Shown here piece after piece: positions 9,093 to 17,127 of a stretch of DNA of 64,000 nt. The position numbers and the translations under genes are program-made. This stretch comes from Candidatus Zixiibacteriota bacterium (GTDB taxonomy: Bacteria > RBG-13-66-14 > B26-G2 > WVWN01): assembly GCA_050117845.1 (NCBI GenBank), contig JASFLY010000002.1, positions 128,001 to 192,000 of the forward strand, written 5' to 3'. The notes under the pieces were generated by a model, which saw only the letters and a program-made list of their open reading frames with translations, made no database searches and had not been told where the DNA came from. Position 1 is the first letter of the stretch. Each line of letters starts with the position of its first letter.

Positions 9093-9288
9093 GGTGCCAC
9101 AGACATTCTTGTCTGTGATTCCGTTACCGCTTTGGCCGCCGCTGCGCGTCGGCCGCCGCGGCCTCCGGGCGCCTCCTCGCGCGGCTCGCTCCGCTCGCCG
9201 CCTGCGGGGTCGCCCTCCGCAAATTGTGGTGGGGCCGGCATTCCTGCCGGCCAAACAAGCGCCGTCAGGTGGTAACACCTGACGGCAC
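9093..9288. repeat. Composite REP-like element, copy B (reverse complement of ~3136-3312)
   Basis: GTGCCACAGACATTCTTGTCTGTG, a shared GC-rich spacer, GTGGGGCCGGCATTCCTGCCGGCC and GCCGTCAGGTGGTAACACCTGACGGC. Confidence 0.8.
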
Positions 9289-9299
9289 CCTAATTAAAT

Positions 9300-9330
9300 A
9301 AAAAAGGCGCTCCCAAAGAGCGTCTTTTTC
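9300..9330 (-). terminator. Intrinsic (possibly bidirectional) terminator ending the island's minus-strand operon
   Basis: AAAAAGGCGCTC-CCAAA-GAGCGTCTTTTT. Confidence 0.7.
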
Positions 9331-9333
9331 GTT

Positions 9334-9540
9334 TTATTTCTCCTTCTTTGGAGGGGATTCCGGCGGTTTATTAATGTTCACCGGTTTTTGGGGAGGTTGT
9401 TGGGCTTTTTCCGAATTGCCTGCTGGACCTCCGGGGGTTTTCGAAGGAGTGGCTATTAACAGCGTAGGTTTTCTAGGCGGGGTTTGGGCTTCCCGGAGTG
9501 GCCTTTTGTCGGGTTTAGGTTCGTTGTTTTCTTGATCCAT
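9334..9540 (-). CDS. Small Pro/Lys-rich hypothetical protein with an internally repeated motif
   Basis: GAGGTG SD; REAQTPPRKP and EKAQQPPQKP repeats. Confidence 0.55.
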   Translation of the reverse strand: MDQENNEPKPDKRPLREAQTPPRKPTLLIATPSKTPGGPAGNSEKAQQPPQKPVNINKPPESPPKKEK

Positions 9541-9573
9541 TTAAATTCACCTCTTTCCTTATTATACTTCTAG

Positions 9574-9771
9574 CTAAATACGTTTCTTTTTACGCCGACC
9601 ACGTTTCTTATTCTTAGAATTACCCTTTTTGTTTTTGTCGAAAAACCAATCCAAAACGACAGGCTTTTTGGGGGGCTTCAAAGGGCACTGCACTATACCC
9701 CCGGCCGAACGCCGTCTCTTCCCCGTTTCCCAATTACCGTGATCCTCCTTCTTCCTTTTATAGTAAACCAT
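9574..9771 (-). CDS. Small basic hypothetical protein
   Basis: GGGAGG SD; Lys/Arg-rich; contains PLKPPKKP. Confidence 0.45.
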   Translation of the reverse strand: MVYYKRKKEDHGNWETGKRRRSAGGIVQCPLKPPKKPVVLDWFFDKNKKGNSKNKKRGRRKKKRI

Positions 9772-9783
9772 AAACCTCCCAAA

Positions 9784-10263
9784 TTAACCTACGCAAGGTA
9801 GATTAATGTACGTAAACACCGCGAGGGATATTACGCCGAATATGAAACCGAGTAAGGAAAGGAAGTTCGATACCGAAGCTAGATTACCCCAACAACGGTA
9901 ACTTTCGTTTTCTTCGCCTTTTTGTTCGGCATCGAGGCTATCGATATATTTCCGAAAAGCATGTTGACTTATAAGGAAACCGGTTAAAATCACGAGTAAA
10001 GAAAACGCGAATGAACACCAAGCCAATAATAGTACCCATTTATGTTCTGGGTTAGGGGAGATGTCCTTCACGAAACCAATCGATAAACCTAAAGCACCAG
10101 CGGCTAAATAGGTTATCGTTTTTTCGAAACCCGATATCGAATTACGTTCAGCTTCTAGCGCCGATTCGCGTTCTTTTCTGTAATACTCGTACTCCAGTAT
10201 TCGTAGCTTTTCTTCTTTCTCTTCTTCCGACCGGTTTTCGTTTTCTATATTATTACGCACCAT
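9784..10263 (-). CDS. Three-TM hypothetical membrane protein (start uncertain, may extend to 10317)
   Basis: Charged N-terminus, then FEKTITYLAAGALGLSIGFVKDI and two further hydrophobic helices. Confidence 0.7.
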   Translation of the reverse strand: MVRNNIENENRSEEEKEEKLRILEYEYYRKERESALEAERNSISGFEKTITYLAAGALGLSIGFVKDISPNPEHKWVLLLAWCSFAFSLLVILTGFLISQHAFRKYIDSLDAEQKGEENESYRCWGNLASVSNFLSLLGFIFGVISLAVFTYINLPCVG

Positions 10264-10554
10264 TCGCTTTAATAATGCCATAGATAGAATAGCAAAGCAA
10301 AGATAATAAATTAGCATACGCTTATTCCTAACGTTCCGAAGGCAAACGTTAATTATAAGCCTCTCCAGATATTCAATCGGGGCTTTTAAAACGGTTCGCC
10401 TTTATCTAGGCTCGAACCGTAGCCTTCGAATTAAATACCCTGCGATGGCTATTCGGCCGCCTAACGAATATATAATAACATCCTTATTATTACAATACTA
10501 TTTCCTATTTTAAATATCGGTGATGTTTCGTCCGGTTATATTACAATAATTAAA

Positions 10555-10584
10555 TTGACTTCTGGTTATTAACGGACTTATAAT
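10555..10584 (+). promoter_or_regulatory. sigma70-type promoter inside the island
   Basis: TTGACT-N18-TATAAT; AGGAGG SD before ATG 10626. Confidence 0.6.
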
Positions 10585-10625
10585 AGATACTGTAAAATAA
10601 CTACAGTGGTAATAGGAGGATAGCA

Positions 10626-11243
10626 ATGACGAGCCGAGAACCTATTAAAATAACCATGACGACGTTTATTGATTATGTAATATCAATCGGTACAGCAAAA
10701 ATAACGAAAGTCCGGGCTGCACAAAAACAATATGGGCCGGAATACGATCCCCGTTTTGATTTCTGGAGAGGTATACGAAAAAGAATCGAAGATTTGCATA
10801 AGAATAACGAACCGAAATCAGTCTTAGATTCTTTCCTCAACACCGTAGACGATACAAAAAAACAAAAGCTTTACGAGGATAATATCCGCGGATATAAACG
10901 CTTCCTAGGAAAGAAAAAGGTGTACTGGATTGGTCCGCGCCGGGGGACGTGGACCTACGGAGATCTACAGATTAGGGTTAACCCCGAACTAGGACTCAAT
11001 ATAAACGGGACTGATACAATTATTAAGCTTTGGTTCAAAACCGAGAAGTTATCCAAAAATCGAATTGATTTAATACTCTATCTCTTAGGAAAGAAATCGA
11101 GGCCGAACAAAAAAACGGTAGTCGGCGTTTTGGATGTCCAAAGGGGTCGTTTAATAACGCCTACTAGGACTATACCCGATATTGAAGCGCTCCTAAGAGC
11201 GGAAGCACTCTCGTTATTAGAAATTTGGAGAAACTTAGAATGA
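10626..11243 (+). CDS. Basic hypothetical protein, possible degenerate PD-(D/E)xK-like nucleic-acid-binding fold
   Basis: 205-aa AT-rich ORF with strong SD and promoter; the VNPELGL...KLWFK pattern is only weakly suggestive of the fold. Confidence 0.65.
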   Translation: MTSREPIKITMTTFIDYVISIGTAKITKVRAAQKQYGPEYDPRFDFWRGIRKRIEDLHKNNEPKSVLDSFLNTVDDTKKQKLYEDNIRGYKRFLGKKKVYWIGPRRGTWTYGDLQIRVNPELGLNINGTDTIIKLWFKTEKLSKNRIDLILYLLGKKSRPNKKTVVGVLDVQRGRLITPTRTIPDIEALLRAEALSLLEIWRNLE

Positions 11244-11259
11244 TAAAGGGGGTGAACAC

Positions 11260-11406
11260 ATGGCAACACGAAGAGGGTCGGGCAAGGTGACCAGCCGCAA
11301 AGCAGCTTCGGCGGCCTCGAAAGTCCTCCGAGATGGGCGGACGTCTAAAACTAGTAAAACGGCGGCCGGTAGTGCGTTATCGCAAAGGCCTTCGAAAAAG
11401 AAGTAA
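11260..11406 (+). CDS. 48-aa basic small protein (not in the ORF track)
   Basis: AAGGGGGTG SD; MATRRGSGKVTSRKAASAASKVLRDGRTSKTSKTAAGSALSQRPSKKK, stop TAA at 11404. Confidence 0.7.
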   Translation: MATRRGSGKVTSRKAASAASKVLRDGRTSKTSKTAAGSALSQRPSKKK

Positions 11407-11499
11407 ACGGGTATTCGGATTACTTTTCCGGGACGACCGCGGTTATTCCATTGTAAATATAAACAGATTACTACCCCTACAATAAGGTTTGACGGAAAC

Positions 11500-11811
11500 G
11501 GCGGCCCTTATGGCCGCCGCCGATTATCCCCAAGCCGGCATTCCTGCCCGTGAATAGGGATGTTATCGGTGGGGCCGACATTCCTGTCGGCCACATAAGC
11601 GCCTTCAGGTGGTAACACCTGACGGTACGTCCCCTGGGCGGCGGCCGCCGATTGAAACCGGCGGTTAGACGCTTCGCGGGTGACCCTCCGGCCGCTGAAG
11701 CGGCCGGTTTCAATACCCAACGCGGCACCGGCATTCCTGCCGTTGATTGCGGTGGGGCCGACATTCCTGTCGGCCGTTAACGCGGCGGCGGCCGTAAAGC
11801 CCGCCGCTGCG
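11500..11811. repeat. Composite REP-like element, copy C (reverse complement of ~2985-3196)
   Basis: GTGGGGCCGACATTCCTGTCGGCC twice (11569, 11752), CAGGTGGTAACACCTG, CCGCCGATTGAAACCGGCGG, GGCCGCTGAAGCGGCC, GTAAAGCCCGCCGC. Confidence 0.8.
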
Positions 11812-11837
11812 GCAATATTCATTCCCCCTTTTCACCA

Positions 11838-11866
11838 TTGACGGCCGGGGCGGGGGCAGTTAACAT
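11838..11866 (+). promoter_or_regulatory. sigma70-type promoter abutting the start codon (leaderless candidate)
   Basis: TTGACG-N17-TAACAT; ATG 11873 lies 6 nt after the -10; no SD. Confidence 0.5.
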
Positions 11867-13954
11867 ATGTCCATGCAGAAAGGGCCGACCCGGTATTTCT
11901 ATTACGGCGGCGCGGCGCTCGCCTTCCTCGCGCCGTTCGTCGTATACCTGATAACGCTTCCGCCCGGCCTCACCTTCGAGGACCCGCTGGAGTTCGCGCT
12001 CGGCGCCGCGACCCTCGGCGTCGACCATCCCTCGGGTTATCCGCTGGAAACCCTCGTCGGCCACCTCCTGACCTACCTCCCCGTCGGCGAAATTGCCTGG
12101 CGCATCAACGTCTCGTCGGCGCTCGCCGGCGCGCTGGCCTCGGCCTTTATCTTCCTCTTCACGTGGGAATTCCTCGCCCCCGCGGTGGAGGACGTTCGCC
12201 TGCGCGCCGCCGCGGCCTGGGCGGCGGCGGGGTGCTTCGCCCTCTCCCGGGTCTTCTGGCCCCAGGCCATAATAACGGAAGTGTACGCGCTGAACGCCGC
12301 GCTCTTCGGCGCGACGCTCTGGTGCGGCATCCGCTGTCGGGGGCGGCGCGACGTGCGATGGTTCTACGCCACGGCCTTCCTGGCGGCCCTGGCCGCGACC
12401 AACCACCCGATATCGATGGCGGCCACGGGCCCCCTGCTCGCCTACCTGTGGTTCGGCCTGCGGCGCGAGGCCGGCGGCGTGGCGCTCCTGGTCCGGGGCG
12501 CGGCGCTTTTCATACTCGGCGTATCCGTCTACCTCTACCTCCCCATCCGGTCCTTCGGCGAACCGCCCATCAACTGGGGAACGCCGGCCGACCTGCCGCG
12601 CTTCATGGAACACGTGGGCCGGAAGGAGTTCGGCACAATATACTGGCCCCGTTACCGGCACCTGGGCTCCCACGCGCTCGAGCTGGGGAGCCTCCTGCTC
12701 GCCCAGTACGGCCCGGGCGTAGGGCTGTTGGCGCTGGTCGGCATCGGGTGGCACCTTCGGAAGAAAACCCGCTTTGCCGGGATACTGACGCTGCTCGCGG
12801 CCATAACCGGCCCCGCGATGCTCTTTCCGTTGGTGGGCCTCCTGACGCCCATCCAGGTGTTCGAAATCGGCGTCTGGTACCTCGCGTTCTTTTTGGTATG
12901 CGCGCCGCTGATCGCCGGAGCCGCCGCCGCCCTGATAGGCAAGATCCGCCCCCGAGCCGTCCGGGCCGCGGCCACCGCGGCCGTCGCTTTACTGCCGGTT
13001 TACCCCGCCGCGTTCTTCTGGGCCGAAACGGGCCTGGCGGATTTCAGTTTCCCACAGGAGCACGGCCGCAACCGCCTCCGCAACTTCGACTACCGCGCCG
13101 TCCTGCTGTTCCCGTACTACGGCCGCCAGGGCCTGTGGGGGGACGCCTATTACCGCTTCGTGGAGGGCCGCCGGCGGGACGTCGCCCTCGCCGACCCGCG
13201 CAACGCCGTCCCGAGCGAGTTCGCCGCGATACGGTCCGGGCCGATATTCATCCGCGACCCCGACGCCGCCGAGAAATGGTGGTTCGGTTTCCAGGCCAAC
13301 CTTATCGCGTCCCATTCCGACCGAACGTTCTTCTTCAACGTCGGCACGGACTCCGCGCGGAATATGGGCGTTACGCTCGAGCCGTACGCGCTCCTGTACC
13401 GGGCCCGGCGACCCGGCGCGGGCGAGGTAAGCCCCGCGGCCCCATGGGATCGCTTTGAATACGCCGGCCTGCGAGCCGTCACGCCCCGCTCGGCCGCCGG
13501 GGCCAAGACCTACGACCCCACCACCTATCGCATATGGGCCCTGTACTTCGTTACGGCGGCCGAATACTGTTTCGACCGGGGCCGGGATGACGCCGCGCTA
13601 CGGAACCTGGCCGCCGCATCCCGGGCCGTCGATAAAGATCCCCGCGTAGGGCTTTTCGTCGCCTCGGTATACGCCCGCAACGGGTACCCCGAAGAAGCCA
13701 TCCCGCTTTACGAAATGGGCCTCCCCGCCGTGGAACGTTATCGCAACGACGCGGAGATGTTCCGCCGCGATTACACCTCCTATATGGCGGAAATAACGAT
13801 GGCGTACCTGAGGGCCGGCGACGTGGAGGGCGCCCGACCCTATTTCGACGAAGCGGCCGCGCTGTTCCCCGATAAGTACGGCCCCGAAGCCGGCGTGACG
13901 CTGGAAAAATTGGCCGCTATGGTGGAGGAACGCCGGGTAATCGAGGGCGAATAA
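11867..13954 (+). CDS. DUF2723/TMEM260-family GT-C protein (O-mannosyltransferase-like) with C-terminal TPRs
   Basis: YLITLPPGLTFEDPLEFALGAATLGVDHPSGYPL, FWPQAIITEVYALNA, TNH, YLYLPIRS..PPINWGTP; multi-TM; TPR tail. True start may be 11873. Confidence 0.88.
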   Translation: MSMQKGPTRYFYYGGAALAFLAPFVVYLITLPPGLTFEDPLEFALGAATLGVDHPSGYPLETLVGHLLTYLPVGEIAWRINVSSALAGALASAFIFLFTWEFLAPAVEDVRLRAAAAWAAAGCFALSRVFWPQAIITEVYALNAALFGATLWCGIRCRGRRDVRWFYATAFLAALAATNHPISMAATGPLLAYLWFGLRREAGGVALLVRGAALFILGVSVYLYLPIRSFGEPPINWGTPADLPRFMEHVGRKEFGTIYWPRYRHLGSHALELGSLLLAQYGPGVGLLALVGIGWHLRKKTRFAGILTLLAAITGPAMLFPLVGLLTPIQVFEIGVWYLAFFLVCAPLIAGAAAALIGKIRPRAVRAAATAAVALLPVYPAAFFWAETGLADFSFPQEHGRNRLRNFDYRAVLLFPYYGRQGLWGDAYYRFVEGRRRDVALADPRNAVPSEFAAIRSGPIFIRDPDAAEKWWFGFQANLIASHSDRTFFFNVGTDSARNMGVTLEPYALLYRARRPGAGEVSPAAPWDRFEYAGLRAVTPRSAAGAKTYDPTTYRIWALYFVTAAEYCFDRGRDDAALRNLAAASRAVDKDPRVGLFVASVYARNGYPEEAIPLYEMGLPAVERYRNDAEMFRRDYTSYMAEITMAYLRAGDVEGARPYFDEAAALFPDKYGPEAGVTLEKLAAMVEERRVIEGE

Positions 13955-14002
13955 AGGCTCGGCCTCCGCCCGGAGGGCAAAAGCCCGGCTCCCCCCAACC
14001 CC

Positions 14003-14031
14003 TTGACTCCGGTAACAAGCCGAGATATACT
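14003..14031 (+). promoter_or_regulatory. sigma70-type promoter
   Basis: TTGACT-N17-TATACT. Confidence 0.65.
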
Positions 14032-14075
14032 AATACCGGTCAAAGCCCACGGGAGATCGACGAGGGTAGGGGTTT

Positions 14076-16586
14076 ATGGGTAGTATCTCCAAACTAGCTA
14101 TCACAGCCGTGATGCTTTATGGAACGGCCGTCATCGCCGCAACGCCGGGCGACGGCCGTTCGGCGTTTACGGCGGGCGACGGCCGGTCGGCGTTTACGGC
14201 GGGGCCGGACGCCGCGGCGCAATTCCGCATATGCGCGTGGGGGGATTCGCGCTACGGCGGTTTCCCCGTCTATAACTTCGATACCGCTTCCGGGAACTTC
14301 CGTATCTGGTACGTCCTCGACGGCCAAAACGCCATCGAGGATCAAAACGATACGAACAGCAACGGCGTTCCCGACGTCATCGAGCGGATAGGGGCGGATT
14401 GGGAATACACCTATAAGCAATCTTACGACCACAAATGGTTCTACCACCCCGACCCGAACGAAAGCCGGTACCTGCCCGTCCGCGACTATTACGCGGGGCT
14501 GGGGTGGCCGGCCGAGAACGAGGATTACGGCGGCGACAACCGTTGGGACGTATACCTCGGCAACATCGCCAGCGGCATACTGGGCGTTTCGTACGCCGTC
14601 GGCCCTTTCCCGGAGTCCGAACGGGTTTGTTACTCCGCTTATTTCAACATGGATAACGAATACGTCGAAGGCGAAACGGTCAAAGCCGTCGTCGACTTAT
14701 GGGGAATCGCGTTGACTTATATGTTCGACGCCGCGGAGACCAGCGATACGCCGCGGCCCCGGTGGATGGTTACGGCCACCGGGGGATGGATATCCGAAAA
14801 CTTCGTCCCCCAGGGAGCGCCCGGCGAAGCCTATTTCGCCACTCTGCTACGAGACACGCTAACGCCCCTGACCGAGGCCGGTACGCCCTTCGTATTTTTC
14901 CTTGAAGATTGGGTCGACCGGTACTGGGAGCCGCCGGCGTGGAAGGTCGTTAACGACGACCCCGTGGTCAAGCTCTTCTGGCGGGCTACGTCCCGCGGGG
15001 ACGGGTGGTATTCCGCCGAACCGGGGACGACCCGCTCGTCGGAGGAAGCCCTCTCGTACCTGATGGAGTATTACAACCAGGCCGACGCGTATATCCCGGA
15101 CCGGGGCTTCCCCGAATCCTTCGAACTCTTCACCGTCTGGAACTGGTTCACCGGCGGCCGCGACGACGGCTTTCATTACGGAAGCGGCTCAAACTATCTG
15201 GAACTGACCCCCCAGAATACCTGGATCGATTATCCCGTGACCTCCTACCGCCCCTCGGAGACGATGAATTACCTCGGCGCCGGTTACTACCGTTTCGACT
15301 CGCCGCCCGCCTGGGAGGCCGCGGCCTTCTCGTTTCGGGCGGACGAGGCCAATCCCGCGGCCTCGAAAGACTGGGGCGGTCAAATACTCGTCAGCAAGGA
15401 CAGTACGACCTGGACCGACCTGACGGGAGAACCGGGCCTCGCGTCGGCGATATTCACGCCGCAGGACAAGGGTATCGTACGCATACCGGACCCGTCACAC
15501 TACGAATCCATCGTGGCCGTCGTCAGTTGCACGGCGTACGACGGAGCGGAACTCGGCTTCGAATACAGCTTCGTCGAGGCCGATGACGCCCGGCCGCCGA
15601 ACGTGTCGACGGCCCTGGTCCGGCCTCAGGCGTACCCCTGCGCCCTCGAAATCCTCCTGGGAGGAGACGAGGAACTGTTCGGGGCCGAAGCCGAGGTCTA
15701 TTTCCTCGACGAGCGCGAAGAGGCCGGGACCCGCGTCCGCCTCGGATTGGACGGCACCCCCACGGCGTTCACCTTCACCGGGACTTACACCCTGGCCCCC
15801 GGCAGTCGGGGCGACGGCACCGTCTCCTGGCGGGCGGCGGATCTGGCGGGAAACGTCTCCTCCGGCGAAAAGGCCTTCAGCGCCGGCTACGTCTCCGCCG
15901 CCGGCGGTTCCGTGGGCGGGAAAGACGCTTCCCTCAAGCTCCCGGCGGGCGCCGTGGCCGACGCGACGCTGTTCGTCGTCGCGGCATCCGGAAACGAACC
16001 CGCCCCAACCGTGGCCGGCCCCGTGAACGGCGGCTCTCCGCCAACCGTCGTCGGGCCGACCTATTCGTTCGGACCCGCGTGGACACGGTTCAGCCGGCCG
16101 GCCGAAATCGCTCTCTCGTACGACGGCCTGAACGTAACGCGGGAAGGCCACCTTTCGGTCTACCGCTGGAACGGGACCGAGTGGGAAGACCTCGGCGGCG
16201 TAATCGACAAGCGGGGCCGCCGGGTCGTCGCGACGACCGATCGTCTGGGCGCCTTCGCCGTCGGTTACGGCGACGCCAAGGTTTCCGCCCACCCGGCCGG
16301 CTTGCCCGTGGCCTTTACGCTGTATCAAAATTACCCCAACCCGGCCCGAGGCCGTACTACCGTAAAATACTCGCTTCCGGCGGCCGCCGAAGTAGAACTC
16401 GCGCTGTACGACGTCAGCGGCCGGCGCGTGGCGACGCCCCTTCGCGGCCCGCGAAACTGCGGCGTTTACGAGGTCGACTTCGAGCTGGTGGACGAATCCG
16501 GGCGGCCCCTCCCGGCCGGAGTATTCCTCTACCGCCTGCGCGCCGGGGCCGACGCCGCCGTGCGGAAGCTCGTCGTGACGTATTGA
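14076..16586 (+). CDS. Secreted protein with a zincin-like (MXAN_6640-like) domain lacking HExxH, and a T9SS-type C-terminal domain
   Basis: Signal peptide; DTNSNGVPD and YGGDNRWDVYLGNI; C-terminal LYQNYPNP...LYDVSGRRV...GVFLYRL...RKLVV. Confidence 0.75.
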   Translation: MGSISKLAITAVMLYGTAVIAATPGDGRSAFTAGDGRSAFTAGPDAAAQFRICAWGDSRYGGFPVYNFDTASGNFRIWYVLDGQNAIEDQNDTNSNGVPDVIERIGADWEYTYKQSYDHKWFYHPDPNESRYLPVRDYYAGLGWPAENEDYGGDNRWDVYLGNIASGILGVSYAVGPFPESERVCYSAYFNMDNEYVEGETVKAVVDLWGIALTYMFDAAETSDTPRPRWMVTATGGWISENFVPQGAPGEAYFATLLRDTLTPLTEAGTPFVFFLEDWVDRYWEPPAWKVVNDDPVVKLFWRATSRGDGWYSAEPGTTRSSEEALSYLMEYYNQADAYIPDRGFPESFELFTVWNWFTGGRDDGFHYGSGSNYLELTPQNTWIDYPVTSYRPSETMNYLGAGYYRFDSPPAWEAAAFSFRADEANPAASKDWGGQILVSKDSTTWTDLTGEPGLASAIFTPQDKGIVRIPDPSHYESIVAVVSCTAYDGAELGFEYSFVEADDARPPNVSTALVRPQAYPCALEILLGGDEELFGAEAEVYFLDEREEAGTRVRLGLDGTPTAFTFTGTYTLAPGSRGDGTVSWRAADLAGNVSSGEKAFSAGYVSAAGGSVGGKDASLKLPAGAVADATLFVVAASGNEPAPTVAGPVNGGSPPTVVGPTYSFGPAWTRFSRPAEIALSYDGLNVTREGHLSVYRWNGTEWEDLGGVIDKRGRRVVATTDRLGAFAVGYGDAKVSAHPAGLPVAFTLYQNYPNPARGRTTVKYSLPAAAEVELALYDVSGRRVATPLRGPRNCGVYEVDFELVDESGRPLPAGVFLYRLRAGADAAVRKLVVTY
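14148..14201 (+). repeat. 27-bp in-frame tandem duplication (GDGRSAFTA x2)
   Basis: GGCGACGGCCG(T/G)TCGGCGTTTACGGCG twice, one mismatch. Confidence 0.9.
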
Positions 16587-16605
16587 TCCCCGGGAAACCC
16601 CGACG

Positions 16606-16634
16606 AAAACCGCCCCCCCAGGGCGGTATTTTTC
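16606..16634 (+). terminator. Intrinsic terminator
   Basis: AAAACCGCCC-loop-GGGCGGTATTTTT. Confidence 0.7.
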
Positions 16635-16710
16635 TCGCCGGCGCAGGCTGGAATATCGGGATAAATATTGATACGCCCTTTCTTTTGTGGTAATTTAATA
16701 TAGAGAGAAA

Positions 16711-17097
16711 GTGTACAAATATAGTTTTTATAAGCACCTGCGGACTCTGGCAATCCTGGCGGGCGGCTTGGCCGTCGCCGCCGCCTCGGCCGAGGACCTC
16801 GAATTCCACGCATATCCCAATCCGTTCACGGCCGGATACGAAGAAGCGAATATATTTTACCGCCTTCCGGCCAAGGGGACCGTTTCGATATACGTCTATG
16901 ACGTCGAAGGGGACCACGTCCTCACCGTGGCCGACCGCATCGAAAGGATAAGGGGAAGGCATAACGGCCAGGACACGTGGGACGGCCGCGACGAAAGCGG
17001 GGAATTCGTGCCGTCGGGGCCGTACCTCCTGATCATAGAGGTACTCATCGAAGACGAGCGTTTTAGAGAATCATTCATTCTGGTAGCCGAGAGGTAA
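16711..17097 (+). CDS. Small exported stand-alone FlgD-Ig/T9SS-CTD-like domain protein
   Basis: Signal peptide followed directly by AYPNPF...IYVYDVEG...WDGRDESGEFVPSGPY. Confidence 0.75.
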   Translation: MYKYSFYKHLRTLAILAGGLAVAAASAEDLEFHAYPNPFTAGYEEANIFYRLPAKGTVSIYVYDVEGDHVLTVADRIERIRGRHNGQDTWDGRDESGEFVPSGPYLLIIEVLIEDERFRESFILVAER

Positions 17098-17127
17098 GCG
17101 TCGGCCGGTTCGGCCGCCGGCCGCAAG

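Larger units (their letters stand above)
9289..11567. mobile_element. AT-rich accessory island of small ORFs bounded by REP-derived direct repeats
   Basis: Abrupt visible drop in GC; 61-bp imperfect direct repeats at 9228-9288 and 11568-11628; no integrase inside. Confidence 0.55.
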
